Shown in pieces: positions 1 to 9,301 of a DNA stretch of 35,290 nucleotides. Origin of the DNA: Puniceicoccales bacterium. GTDB taxonomy: Bacteria; Verrucomicrobiota; Verrucomicrobiia; Opitutales; UBA953. The stretch is from the NCBI GenBank assembly GCA_031284845.1, contig JAITXH010000114.1, forward strand, positions 1 to 35,290, read 5' to 3'. The translations under genes and the position numbers were made by a program. The notes under the pieces were generated by a model. That model searched no databases and was not told the origin of the DNA. It saw only the letters and a list, made by a program, of their open reading frames with translations. Numbering within the stretch: position 1 is the stretch's first letter; each line of letters opens with the position of its first letter.

Positions 1-476
1 GCTCTACGTCTGCATCGGGGAGCATACGCGTCTCGCGTGTGCCTGTGGGCGTCTCGCCCACATTGTTTGGGATTTGAGATTGGAGATTTGAAATTTGAGA
101 TTGTTTTTTTGTGGGGAGCATACGCGTCTCGCGTGTGCCTGTGGGCGTCACGCCCACAAGGATAAGGCGGGCGGGACGCACGCCAATGCACGCGAGACGC
201 GTGCGTTCCCCCGATGCAGACGAGGGGACATTTTTTTGGGATTTTAGATTGGAAATTTGAGACTGGTTTTTTGGTTTTGTAATTTCTTGTAGGGCGTTTT
301 GTTGGCGGCGCGTCTTCCGATTCTGACGGCCATCTTAAAATATCCGCGTCATCCGTGGTTAAAGTGAACGCCTGCCATCGTCCGCCCGCTCCGAGTGGGC
401 ACGGTGGAGGGGAGATGTTTTTTTGATTTGAGATTGGTTTTTTTCGGCGTTGAGGCCCACGAAGGATAAGGCGGCT
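1..476. repeat. Mosaic of short interspersed REP-like repeat modules in a gene-free region
   Basis: Read directly. The 46-nt module GGGGAGCATACGCGTCTCGCGTGTGCCTGTGGGCGTCTCGCCCACA at 17-62 recurs at 113-158 (45/46 identical) and as a diverged inverted copy at about 172-226. Each copy holds two hairpins with 3-nt loops: CATACGCG-TCT-CGCGTGTG and GTGGGCG-TCT/TCA-CGCCCAC. A GATTTGAGATTGG-type module followed by a T-run occurs at 67-110, 236-276 and 425-446. CCCAC(G)AAGGATAAGGCGG occurs at 153-170 and 456-474. Confidence 0.8.
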
Positions 477-528
477 TCTTGCGGTTTGGCGGAAACATTC
501 TGCTGCCAGCCGTGTAGTCAGTGGTCGC

Positions 529-1845
529 ATGACAACCAATTATAGCCGCAGAACCTTTCTCAAATACTCGACCGCGCTCGCAGCAGGGCTTTCTTTCCCC
601 TACATCGCCAAAACGTTCGCTGCCCCCGGTTCCTCCGCAAACGAGACACTCAATGTTGGTCTCATCGGTTGCAGAAACATGGGCTGGGGCGACCTCAACG
701 CCATGCTCACACACAAGGGCGTGCGCTGCGTTGCCTTGTGCGATGTGGACGATGCCGTCCTCGCCGAACGCAAAGCCGCGCTGGCTAAAAAATACGGGCA
801 AAACGTCGAGACCTTCAAGGACTACAGAAAATTGCTTGAACGCAAAGACATTGACATCGTCATCATCGGCACTCCCGACCACTGGCATTGCCGCCAACTG
901 GTGGATGCCTGCGCCGCAGGCAAAGATGTCTATGTGGAAAAACCCCTCGCCAACTCCATCGCCGAGTGCGAAGTGATGGTCAACGCTGCGGTCCACTACA
1001 ACCGTGTCGTGCAGGTCGGGCAGCAACAACGCAGCCACGCACATTGGCACGAGATGGTGGACTACCTGCGCTCCGGTGAGCTTGGCAAGATCGGGCGCGT
1101 GAAGGCATGGGCAAACTTCGACTACGCTGCCCTGCACACGCCCGCCCCCGATTCGCCTGTGCCCGCAGGAGTGGACTACGATCTCTGGTTGGGGCCGGCA
1201 CCCGTCCGCCCCTTTAACCAACAGCGTTTCCACGGGTCGTGGCGCATGTTTTGGAATTACGGCGGCGGCCTGTTGACCGACTGGGGCGTCCACTTGCTGG
1301 ACATGTGTCTGTGGGGCATGGATGTGAAAACGCTTCCCCTGCACACGGTGGCCCATGGTGGCAAGTTCCTCGATCCTGAAGGCGCCCATGAGACTTTTGA
1401 CACGCTTTCAGTCGCATGGCAGTTCAAAGATTTCATTTTGGAATGGGAGAACAACGCCACGAACAACGCCCCGCACGGGAAAAACTATGGTCTGTTCTTT
1501 CGCGGCAGCAACGGCACGCTCGTCGCGGATCGCGGCAAATGGGAAGTGTTTCCGGAAGGGAAAAAAATCCCGGTGAAAACCGCCAGGGCCAAGGGTGATT
1601 TTTACGTAAACCACACCGGAAACTTTTTGGAATGTGTGCGCACGCGCAATCGTGCAACAGCGTGCAGCATAGAAAACGGGAGCCTGTGCGCCAGATACAC
1701 GCATCTTGGCAACATAAGCGCACGGGTGGGCAACGGCACGCTATTGGTTTACGATGAACACAAGCACCAGTTCAACGTCCCGGAGGCCAACCGTTTCTTC
1801 AAGCCGGACTACCGCCCTCAGTGGGAATTTCCCCAAGTGCGATAA
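529..1845 (+). CDS. Gfo/Idh/MocA family oxidoreductase with twin-arginine (Tat) signal peptide
   Basis: 438-aa ORF with an ATG start. The N-terminus MTTNYSRRTFLKYSTALAAGLSFPYIAKTFA carries an SRRxFLK Tat motif. A Rossmann GxGxxG-like segment (VGLIGCRNMG) and EKP (VYVEKPLA) are typical of the family. The antisense 346-aa ORF is a shadow ORF. Confidence 0.9.
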   Translation: MTTNYSRRTFLKYSTALAAGLSFPYIAKTFAAPGSSANETLNVGLIGCRNMGWGDLNAMLTHKGVRCVALCDVDDAVLAERKAALAKKYGQNVETFKDYRKLLERKDIDIVIIGTPDHWHCRQLVDACAAGKDVYVEKPLANSIAECEVMVNAAVHYNRVVQVGQQQRSHAHWHEMVDYLRSGELGKIGRVKAWANFDYAALHTPAPDSPVPAGVDYDLWLGPAPVRPFNQQRFHGSWRMFWNYGGGLLTDWGVHLLDMCLWGMDVKTLPLHTVAHGGKFLDPEGAHETFDTLSVAWQFKDFILEWENNATNNAPHGKNYGLFFRGSNGTLVADRGKWEVFPEGKKIPVKTARAKGDFYVNHTGNFLECVRTRNRATACSIENGSLCARYTHLGNISARVGNGTLLVYDEHKHQFNVPEANRFFKPDYRPQWEFPQVR

Positions 1846-1862
1846 GCCTCGCGCTTGGGATT

Positions 1863-1911
1863 AAAAAAAGCCCGCCCTGTTGAAGTCCTTGTGATGTTTT
1901 TTGGGGCGAGC
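1863..1911 (-). terminator. Possible intrinsic terminator for hisC (minus strand)
   Basis: On the minus strand, GCUCGCCC (1911-1904) pairs with GGGCGGGC (1877-1870), with one G-U pair, and is followed by U7 (the A-run at 1863-1869 on plus). The loop is large (26 nt), so this call is weak. Confidence 0.35.
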
Positions 1912-3026
1912 TACTTCTTCCCGATCACATTCCAGAGCGTTTCCAAAAACCGTTCGTTCTGGGCGCTTGTGCCCACAGTCACACGCAAGCTATCCGGCAT
2001 GCCGTAGGGGGCCAATGGGCGCACGATGACGCCTTGGCGCTGCAAAGCATCGAACACCTCTTCCGCGTTGGTAATGTGGAAGACCATGAAGTTGCCGTGC
2101 CCGGGCACGAAAGCCACCTTCAGCGCCGTCAGCGCCTGTTCCAGCTGGCTCAATCCGGCAAGATTCTCCGCACGCACACGGCTTACAAATTCTGTGTCAT
2201 CGAGCGCACCGACGGCAGCGCTTTGGGCGACGAGATTCACGTTAAAAGGCTGGCGGACTCTTTGCAGCAGCGCGATGAACTCCGCCGCTCCGTAGAGGTA
2301 ACCGACGCGCAGTCCGGCCAATCCGTAGATTTTGGAAAATGTGCGTGCGCCGACGATTTTTTTCCCGCTGGCGATGAGTGGGCGGATGTCCACTGCATCG
2401 TCCAGATATTCTGCGTAAGCCTCGTCCAAACACAGGACGACGTGCTCGGGCAGGCGGTTGGCGAAATCGAGGATGGCCTGCGGGGAGTTGGTGGTGCCGG
2501 TAGGATTATTCGGGCAGGCGAGGAAGACGAGTTTGGTGCGCTCGGTTATAGCTTCGAGCATGGCGTCCAAATCGTGCGTGTGCGCGGGCATGGGAACGGA
2601 CACGGGCCGGGCACCGAAAAGCAGCGTCACCAGCTTATAAAAAATGAACGCCTCGCTGCCATAGACCACCTCATCGCCCGGACGCAAAAGCGCCTGTCCG
2701 AGTAAGACCATCACCTCGCTGGAACCGTTGCCCACGAGAAATTGTTCCGGGGCGAGATTCCAAAATTCGGCCAGCTTGTCGCGCAGCAATGTCGTAGCGC
2801 CATCGGGGTAATAGTTCACCTCCTGAAGGACGCGCATCGCGGCGGCGAGCGCCAATGGCGACGGGCCGTGAAGGTTCTCGTTAGAGGCCAGCTTTATGAT
2901 GGCGGTGGGGTCAAGGCCGAACTCACGTGCGACGGTTTCGATTGGCTTTCCAGGCTGGTAAGTCGGTTGAGTAAGCACTGACGGGTTCACTAAGTCTGCG
3001 TATGTTCCCATAAAACGGAGAGGCAT
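1911..3026 (-). CDS. hisC: Histidinol-phosphate aminotransferase
   Basis: 371-aa ORF. It has class-II aminotransferase motifs (LASNENLHGPSP, YPDG, CPNNPTG and the TFSKIYGLAGLRVGY PLP-lysine region). An alternative ATG lies 15 nt downstream. Confidence 0.9.
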   Translation of the reverse strand: MPLRFMGTYADLVNPSVLTQPTYQPGKPIETVAREFGLDPTAIIKLASNENLHGPSPLALAAAMRVLQEVNYYPDGATTLLRDKLAEFWNLAPEQFLVGNGSSEVMVLLGQALLRPGDEVVYGSEAFIFYKLVTLLFGARPVSVPMPAHTHDLDAMLEAITERTKLVFLACPNNPTGTTNSPQAILDFANRLPEHVVLCLDEAYAEYLDDAVDIRPLIASGKKIVGARTFSKIYGLAGLRVGYLYGAAEFIALLQRVRQPFNVNLVAQSAAVGALDDTEFVSRVRAENLAGLSQLEQALTALKVAFVPGHGNFMVFHITNAEEVFDALQRQGVIVRPLAPYGMPDSLRVTVGTSAQNERFLETLWNVIGKK

Positions 3027-3178
3027 ACTGGTAAGTCACAGGCGCACTGGCAATTCCTTTTGTTACATGCAAAAAGCGGTGTCTGCTGTGCCGCCCGGCA
3101 ACCCGCACCCATCCGATAAAACCTTGCACAGAGCACGGCGAAAAGTATCTCTCCGCGCCAACCAAACACACTCGTTTC

Positions 3179-3862
3179 ATGTTCTATTTTTTGATTCTTC
3201 TGGTATTCCCTGCGTTGCTCGGTTTGTGGGCGCAGGCCCGCGTGCATTCTGTTTTTGACAAAAACGCCAAGTTGCTTTCGCGCAGCGGTATCACAGGGCG
3301 CGAAGCAGCGCGTTTTGTGCTGGAATCTGCAGACATCCACGATGTCGCTATCGAATCAGCAGACTCCTTTCTCGGCGACCACTACGACCCGGCACACAAG
3401 CGCCTTGTGCTGAGCACGCAAAACTACAGAGGCACCAGCCTTGCCGCCCTTGGCATCGCCGCACACGAGGCCGGGCACGCCATCCAGCACAAGGAATCGT
3501 ATGCGATGCTAAAGCTGCGCATGGCTTTGGTGCCCATCACCATGTTTTCATCAAATCTGCTGCCGTTCATTATCCTGGGCGGTTTCTTTTTCCGCGCCTA
3601 CGGCCTGCTTTATTTAGGCGTCGCCTGTTACTTTATGCTGACGCTTTTCCAGTTGATTACGCTGCCGGTGGAATTTGATGCGAGCCGCCGGGCCGAAGTC
3701 CTGCTGAACAGGCTGGGAATCATCGGTGCCGATGAGCGCAAAGGCGTCCACGAGACGCTGAAAGCTGCGGGGTGGACGTATGTGGCGGCATTCGTGGCTT
3801 CGCTGGGCAACTTACTGCACTTGCTCTTGATCCTCTCAGGAAGCCGGCGCAGCAACGATTGA
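3179..3862 (+). CDS. Membrane zinc metallopeptidase, YugP family
   Basis: 227 aa. It has an N-terminal TM helix, a DHYDP motif, an HEAGHAIQH zinc site and C-terminal TM helices, collinear with the B. subtilis YugP architecture. Confidence 0.85.
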   Translation: MFYFLILLVFPALLGLWAQARVHSVFDKNAKLLSRSGITGREAARFVLESADIHDVAIESADSFLGDHYDPAHKRLVLSTQNYRGTSLAALGIAAHEAGHAIQHKESYAMLKLRMALVPITMFSSNLLPFIILGGFFFRAYGLLYLGVACYFMLTLFQLITLPVEFDASRRAEVLLNRLGIIGADERKGVHETLKAAGWTYVAAFVASLGNLLHLLLILSGSRRSND

Positions 3863-3871
3863 GGATACACT

Positions 3872-4633
3872 TTGCAAAAAAAACCGAAAATCCGAGCTGA
3901 CGAGCTGCTGGTGTCTCTGGGCATGGCACCGTCCCGCACTGCGGCCCGCGCACTCATCATGGCAGGCAAGGTGCGGAGCGGCGCCGACAGCGTGGTAAGC
4001 AAGCCAGCGGTGCTATTTCCCGTTGACACCGTTCTGGTCGTCGAACGGCCTCCGCGCTTCGTCAGCCGCGGCGGTGAAAAGCTCGCCCGCGCCCTGGAGT
4101 ATTTTGAAATCAAAGTAAACGGCTCTCATGCACTGGACGTGGGGGCCTCGACGGGCGGCTTCACAGACTGTCTCTTGCAGGCTGGCGCAGCGGATGTGCT
4201 GTGCGTGGATGTGGGACACGGACAATTACACCAAAAGCTGCGCACTGACCCGCGTGTGATCAGCCTGGAAAAAATCAATGCCCGCAATTTGCACACGATA
4301 TCCCTGCCGAGGGACACCTTTGACGTCGTGGTGATGGATCTTTCGTTCATCTCGCTGACCAAGGTGCTGGAGTCCGTGTGGGGGCGCGTCGCGGAAGGCG
4401 GCGTATTGGTGGCATTGATAAAACCTCAATTTGAAGCAGAGCGGGAGGAGGCAGACAAGGGGGCCGGCATCATCCGGGACCCCGCTGTGCATGCGCGGGT
4501 AGTGGCCGGAGTGACAACCTTTATCACGGAAAAACTGGCGCATGCATCGGTGCTGGGCGTAGTGCCTTCACCGATAGAAGGCGGGGACGGGAACCGTGAA
4601 TTTCTGGTGGGTATCAGGCACCAAAAAGGCTGA
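3872..4633 (+). CDS. tlyA: TlyA family rRNA (cytidine-2'-O)-methyltransferase (S4 + FtsJ domains)
   Basis: 253 aa with a TTG start. The S4-like N-terminus reads IRADELLVSLGMAPSRTAARALIMAGKV. The SAM-binding motif is ALDVGASTGGFTDCLLQ. The FtsJ-type C-terminus contains GNREFL. Confidence 0.88.
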   Translation: MQKKPKIRADELLVSLGMAPSRTAARALIMAGKVRSGADSVVSKPAVLFPVDTVLVVERPPRFVSRGGEKLARALEYFEIKVNGSHALDVGASTGGFTDCLLQAGAADVLCVDVGHGQLHQKLRTDPRVISLEKINARNLHTISLPRDTFDVVVMDLSFISLTKVLESVWGRVAEGGVLVALIKPQFEAEREEADKGAGIIRDPAVHARVVAGVTTFITEKLAHASVLGVVPSPIEGGDGNREFLVGIRHQKG

Positions 4634-4643
4634 GTGCTGCGGG

Positions 4644-5525
4644 CTAAAGCAGTGCCAGTTTTTCACAAACTTCATCAATCAGAAAGCCCGGCGTCGAAGC
4701 GCCCGCCGTCACACCCACGACCTTGTATTTCCCCAACTGGCTCAAATCCAACTCTGCGGCAGTCTCCACATGGTAGCAAGGCAGGCTCTGGCGCTCAACA
4801 AGGGCGGCGAGCTTCACCGTGTTAGCCGAATGGCGCCCGCCGATGACCACGATGGCTTCTGCTCCCTCATCGGCGAGCACGAGCACATCGCTTTGCCGCT
4901 CGCGCGTTGCACCGCAGATGGTGTTAAACACGACCGCTCCGGGATAGGCACGCTTCAGATACTCTGCAAGATGCTCAAACTCGAATGTGAACATGGTGGA
5001 CTGCGACACCATACACACCTTTTCCCCCAGAGGCGGCAAAGCATCTATGTCGGCTTCATTTTTAATAACGTGTCCACGGCCTTCCGTGTATCCCATCAAC
5101 CCGATGACCTCAGGGTGCTTCGGGTCTCCGAAGATAACGGTCGTGTAGCCCTTGCGTGCATGGAGCTTTATGCGTCCGGCGATAGTGCCCACGTCCGGGC
5201 AGGTGGCATCTCGGAACTCCAGCTCAAGACTCTTCAGGTAAGCGCGCCGCTCAGGCGAAATCCCGTGGGCGCGCACGACCATGACCGCCCGCCGCCGCTC
5301 ACTCTCGCCCAAACCGAGATTGAGGCTGGTCTGGCTCAGATAGTCTCCAACTTCGCGAATCCCTTCCGATTCGAGTTTTTCCATCATTTGGCTGTTATGG
5401 ATGAGCGGCCCGTCAGTGAAGACCGGGCGTTTACCTTGTGTGGCGTATTCGCGGGCAATGTCTATCGCACGCTCCACACCCCAACAAAAACCAGCGCTTT
5501 TGGCTCGGATAACTTTCATGGGCAC
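4644..5525 (-). CDS. ispH: 4-hydroxy-3-methylbut-2-enyl diphosphate reductase
   Basis: 293 aa. The N-terminus MKVIRAKSAGFCWGVERAI is characteristic of IspH/LytB, and conserved Cys residues and the SANT/HSAN motif are present. The gene is convergent with tlyA across a 10-bp gap. Confidence 0.93.
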   Translation of the reverse strand: MPMKVIRAKSAGFCWGVERAIDIAREYATQGKRPVFTDGPLIHNSQMMEKLESEGIREVGDYLSQTSLNLGLGESERRRAVMVVRAHGISPERRAYLKSLELEFRDATCPDVGTIAGRIKLHARKGYTTVIFGDPKHPEVIGLMGYTEGRGHVIKNEADIDALPPLGEKVCMVSQSTMFTFEFEHLAEYLKRAYPGAVVFNTICGATRERQSDVLVLADEGAEAIVVIGGRHSANTVKLAALVERQSLPCYHVETAAELDLSQLGKYKVVGVTAGASTPGFLIDEVCEKLALL

Positions 5526-5800
5526 TATTAGAGCACAAAAAACCGCCCACTAAGAATCAAAAAAACAGGCCACCTGCCCTTTGTGATTTCGGCCCGCATA
5601 TTTTTGAGAATCCGGGAGAGATTTGCCCGCTACGTATTCCATCGCCGCCGAAGCAGACGGCACCCTCCGGCTGCCCATGACAACGGCGGAAGCGCGGGAG
5701 GTGCGCCTCCTTACAGCGGCGAGGACGCCGACGCTCCCAGCGACATTTCCCACACACCTCTCATTTCAAATCATCGCAAAAGCAGAGGGTTGCGCTTTAT

Positions 5801-6280
5801 TTCTCACACGAAGACACGAAGGCTGGCGCAGACGGAAAATGTCTCGTGGAAGACGAAGCACGGGGTTCCTCGCGATTCTGAGTGGAAAGATATCCCACTC
5901 GTAATCCCACGAAGTGGGTAAATGTTAATAACCGCCAGTGAAGTGCGAAGCACTGTAACCGGCGGATCTGCGCTGCTATCTAACCGTCCCTGAAAAGGGG
6001 CAAACTATGCCAGCGACACTCGCCACCAAAGTAGTTCGCCCCCGTCGGGGACGATGTTACGAGGGGGTGGGCTATCCGCCGGTTACACCGCTTCGCGGTT
6101 CATCGGCGGTTATTCACATTTTCCCCCGTTGGGGGATTCAGAAGAAAAAGATCCTGTGCTCCACTCGAAATAGCAAAGAACCATCACAGGTTTCTTAATA
6201 TGATTTTCACAAGAGATTTAAAAACTTTTGGGATGGAGTAATTGCGCCAGCCTTCGTGTCTTCGTGCCTTCGTGTGAGAA
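5801..6280. mobile_element. MITE-like non-coding element with CACGAAG-repeat terminal inverted repeats
   Basis: The left arm TTCTCACACGAAGACACGAAGGCTGGCGCA (5801-5830) is the reverse complement of the right arm 6243-6280, which carries one extra GCACGAAG unit. Both ends are flanked by TTAT (5797-5800 and 6281-6284), which could be a target-site duplication. The interior has no credible ORF and contains an inverted pair of 40-nt hairpin modules (5928-5967 and 6074-6113). Confidence 0.5.
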
Positions 6281-6292
6281 TTATTAAGGCTC

Positions 6293-8242
6293 TTACCACG
6301 TATAGGTGGCACGCACCGACCATGTGCGCGGTGTGCCGGGCACCAAGGGTACCTCTTCGTAATGCACATTCCAGATATTGTCCACCTGTGCCGCCAAGCT
6401 CAGGCCGGGCACCCAAGGCACACGCCAGACAAGCGACAAGGAGGTGAAAAACGGCGTGTCCGTGCCGCTGCGCAAATTGTTTCGCTCTTGCTTGCGAAAT
6501 TCGTTGTCGCAACGCAACTCCACGCCGTAACCGAGACGGGCGACGATGGCGGCGGTGAGCCGGTGGGAGGCATAGTTGAGGGCATAAAAGCTGGCTTCCC
6601 CGGTCCGAAGGCTGTCGTTTTTGCGCAGCCAGGCATAGCTGAGCACGAGGTCGAGGCGCTTCCATGAATGCCTGAGAGCCAGCTCCGCGCCCCATGTGTC
6701 GCTGTCAAGTGCGCGTGCGCTCCGGGCATTGGGGGCTTCGGGGCGGTAGATCCAATCCATCATCTCGTTGTCGCGCCTGAAAAACACCGCCGGTGTGATT
6801 TTCCAAGCGCAGATGTCCGCATCCGCGCTCAACTCGATATTGCGCGTGTGCGAGCGCCCGATATCGGGGTCGCCGCGAAAAAGGCCTGAATCGGCACGCG
6901 CATTCAACGGCATGTAAGTCGGCGTTTGGGTCGCTTCGGAATAATCCAGCCCTATCCGGCGAAGCCAACCTTCCTCGTTGTCACGGGCCTTCCAGACGAC
7001 ACCGGCTACAGGTGAAAATGCGCTGCTTTCGCGATTGGATTCGTCGAAAGTGACACCGGCGGTAAACACCACAGCCCCGTTGAACAGCGGCAGTGTGTGG
7101 TCTCCGTAAAGACCGGCATAGAACTGGGTGCGCGACGAGTAGTGTCCGAATATCAATGTATCGGAGTCTATCGAGTCGGCGACAACTCCGGCGCGGTAGC
7201 GCAGGGCCGTCGTCCCAAAACCGGAATCTTTGCGGATGAGACTCAGCCGCCCGTCAACTGCGGCCCCTGCGACGCTGGTTTTATGGTGGGCGTCGCATCC
7301 GAAATACTGCCGGATGCTCGGAATAAGGTAGTGATCCTGATTGATGCGGTAATAAGCGCCGGCCTGAAATCCGTCGCCGTCGCCTCCAAACTCTTGCCGG
7401 TGATTGATCGCGTAAAGTTGGGTTTTCAGATCTTCCCGCTCTTCGCGCCATGCGCTGTTCACATTGCCCGCCGCGTAGAGATTGGGCCATGCGAAGCTTT
7501 TGGCCTGATAGCCGGCGAAGACATCTGTCTGCGAGGTGTCATCGCGGAGCTGCATCCGCCCGTTATAACGCTGAAACTCGTGGCCCGCATAGCGCAATGG
7601 GCCGTCGTCCCGCGAGTAGGATGCGGAAAAGTCAAAGCCGATGGTTCGCCCGGCGATTTTTTCAGGCCCGACCAAACCGGTGCTCAAATCGGCGTTGAAC
7701 AAACCATGCCCGCCAGAACCAAGGGAAAAAGAGCCGCCGCTGACGATGGGCAACCACCCGAAGGCGATGTTTCCCGCAGTAGCGTTCCAGCCGCCCTGCG
7801 CATTGACAGCACCCGTGCGCACATCGGGTGCGCCGAGCATGGAGGGCGACACGGGCAAATCGGCAAAATAGTGTCCAGTCTGCGGGTCGTAGAGCGGGAT
7901 GGCACCGAGGGTGAATCCGGTGTTCTCAAAGGTGCCGCCACGTATGCTCACATCGGCCTGCGCTTCGCCCATGTTGCGCGTCTGTGCGTCCACGCGGGGG
8001 TCAAAGCGCAATGCGGTGACGGGCATTGCAAAGGATTCGACAGAGTCCGGGTTGGCTACGCGCGGTGCGCTGACTGAGACGGCGGGCAACTCCACTGGCG
8101 CGGCTCCGGTATCAACGGTGTCTGACGCAGGGGCATCGGCGGCAAAGGTGGACAACGGCGCAGTGGTGCCCAGTCCGATCGCGGCGAATGCCAACGCGCA
8201 CTTTGGGAAGCGGCTCAAGAATCGTGGTGTGGTGTGATTCAT
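6293..8242 (-). CDS. TonB-dependent outer-membrane receptor
   Basis: 649 aa. It has a signal peptide (ALAFAAIGLGTTAPLSTFA), a TonB-box-like VELPAVSVSA, a plug motif (DVSIRGGTFENTGFTLGAIPLYDPQTGH) and a beta-barrel ending in the aromatic RATYTW. Confidence 0.88.
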   Translation of the reverse strand: MNHTTPRFLSRFPKCALAFAAIGLGTTAPLSTFAADAPASDTVDTGAAPVELPAVSVSAPRVANPDSVESFAMPVTALRFDPRVDAQTRNMGEAQADVSIRGGTFENTGFTLGAIPLYDPQTGHYFADLPVSPSMLGAPDVRTGAVNAQGGWNATAGNIAFGWLPIVSGGSFSLGSGGHGLFNADLSTGLVGPEKIAGRTIGFDFSASYSRDDGPLRYAGHEFQRYNGRMQLRDDTSQTDVFAGYQAKSFAWPNLYAAGNVNSAWREEREDLKTQLYAINHRQEFGGDGDGFQAGAYYRINQDHYLIPSIRQYFGCDAHHKTSVAGAAVDGRLSLIRKDSGFGTTALRYRAGVVADSIDSDTLIFGHYSSRTQFYAGLYGDHTLPLFNGAVVFTAGVTFDESNRESSAFSPVAGVVWKARDNEEGWLRRIGLDYSEATQTPTYMPLNARADSGLFRGDPDIGRSHTRNIELSADADICAWKITPAVFFRRDNEMMDWIYRPEAPNARSARALDSDTWGAELALRHSWKRLDLVLSYAWLRKNDSLRTGEASFYALNYASHRLTAAIVARLGYGVELRCDNEFRKQERNNLRSGTDTPFFTSLSLVWRVPWVPGLSLAAQVDNIWNVHYEEVPLVPGTPRTWSVRATYTW

Positions 8243-8284
8243 CGGTGCCGGGAAGTGCCAATTTTAAAAGGCAGGCGCAAGCCG

Positions 8285-8318
8285 ATTGTTAATGCCTTTT
8301 TTATTTTCAGCTAACAAT
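8285..8318. promoter_or_regulatory. BirA-operator-like imperfect palindrome upstream of the TonB-dependent receptor
   Basis: The site reads ATTGTTAATG-N14(T-rich)-AGCTAACAAT. The left half is identical to the bioB site, the right half shares TAACAAT, and the 14-nt spacing is the same. It lies in the 75-bp bioB-receptor spacer. Confidence 0.35.
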
Positions 8319-9301
8319 CAATGCTTACTTTTTTCCAACTCATTCATGCAAGCATTCTTAGGTGCTTGCGGAGTGAGTCCAAGCGCATTCAGCAACTCCA
8401 AGTCTGCATTTTCCTTTGGGTTGACGGTGGTCAATAGTTTGCCGCCGTAAAAAATCGAATTGGCCCCTGCGTAGAAACAAAGCGCCTGCCCTTCCCGGCT
8501 CATGTAAGCCCGTCCGGCGGAGAGGCGCACTTTGGTCTTGGGCAAAGCGATGCGCGTGGTGGCTATCATGCGCACCAGATCAAACACATCCACCGGGGCG
8601 GCCTCTTTCAACGGCGTGCCCTCCATGCCCATCAGGCAGTTTATGGGGACGCTCTCCGGCTCAGGGTCAAAACCCGACAGAATTTCCAACATGCGCAAGC
8701 GGTCATCCACCGTCTCGCCCATGCCGAGTATGCCGCCGCAGCAGACATCCATGCCCGCCTTTTGCGCGGCGCGAATGGTGCGCAGGCGGTCGGCGTAGGT
8801 ATGTGTGCTGACGATGCGCGGGTAAAATTCGGGGCTGGTGTCGAGGTTGTGATTGTAGGCGGTGACGCCCGCCTCTTTCAATTCTTCCGCCGCCTTGTCG
8901 GTCAACTCGCCAAGCGTGACGCAGACCTCCAACCCCAGACCGGCGACTGCCCGGATGATTTCTTTCACCTTGTCAAAGCGCTCCGTGTTTTCGCGCACGC
9001 CCTTCCATGCTGCGCCCATACAAAAGCGCGTTGCCCCGCTTTCTTTGGCGCGGTGTGCATGAGTTAGCACCGTATCGAGGCCAAGCAGCTCCTCGCGCTG
9101 CACGCCGGTATGGTAATGCGAACTCTGCGCACAGTAAGCGCAATCCTCGCTGCAACCTCCCGTCTTGATGCTTAACAGAGCGCAAAGCTGCACTTCGCTC
9201 TCCGCCCAATTTGCCCGATACACCGCACGCGCCTGGTCCAGTAACGGGAACATCGGCTGGTTGTAGATTTCCCGCAATTGCTCTATTGTTAATGTATTCA
9301 T
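8318..9301 (-). CDS. bioB: Biotin synthase (radical SAM)
   Basis: 327 aa. It has the CSEDCAYCAQS radical-SAM cluster motif. The N-terminus is collinear with E. coli BioB, and the region around YNHNLDTS is conserved. Confidence 0.95.
   Translation of the reverse strand: MNTLTIEQLREIYNQPMFPLLDQARAVYRANWAESEVQLCALLSIKTGGCSEDCAYCAQSSHYHTGVQREELLGLDTVLTHAHRAKESGATRFCMGAAWKGVRENTERFDKVKEIIRAVAGLGLEVCVTLGELTDKAAEELKEAGVTAYNHNLDTSPEFYPRIVSTHTYADRLRTIRAAQKAGMDVCCGGILGMGETVDDRLRMLEILSGFDPEPESVPINCLMGMEGTPLKEAAPVDVFDLVRMIATTRIALPKTKVRLSAGRAYMSREGQALCFYAGANSIFYGGKLLTTVNPKENADLELLNALGLTPQAPKNACMNELEKSKH

Noticed and set aside
349-1389. Long antisense 'shadow' ORFs opposite real genes. Examples: 349-1389(-), 4596-5531(+), 7097-8077(+), 11022-11906(-), 21221-22570(-), 27135-27962(-) and 32839-34359(-), the last being 506 aa opposite nuoM.
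   Set aside because: Each lies antisense to a gene with clear family motifs. Their products are Arg/Gly/Ala/His-rich with no recognisable domains. Stop-free antisense frames are expected in GC3-rich genes. There is no evidence for overlapping coding.
5583-5921. ORFs of 93-112 aa (plus strand) and 66-67 aa (minus strand) in the ispH upstream gap.
   Set aside because: They run into the MITE-like terminal repeat, where HEGWRR-type peptides are repeat-encoded. They start at weak codons and have no motifs. A decayed gene fragment cannot be excluded.
5928-5967. A resemblance of ...GCACTGTAACCGGCGG... to the B12-box region of cobalamin riboswitches, near a TonB-dependent receptor.
   Set aside because: The segment occurs as one of two inverted 40-nt repeat copies. 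The rest of the riboswitch core is absent. It lies downstream (3') of the receptor rather than in its leader.
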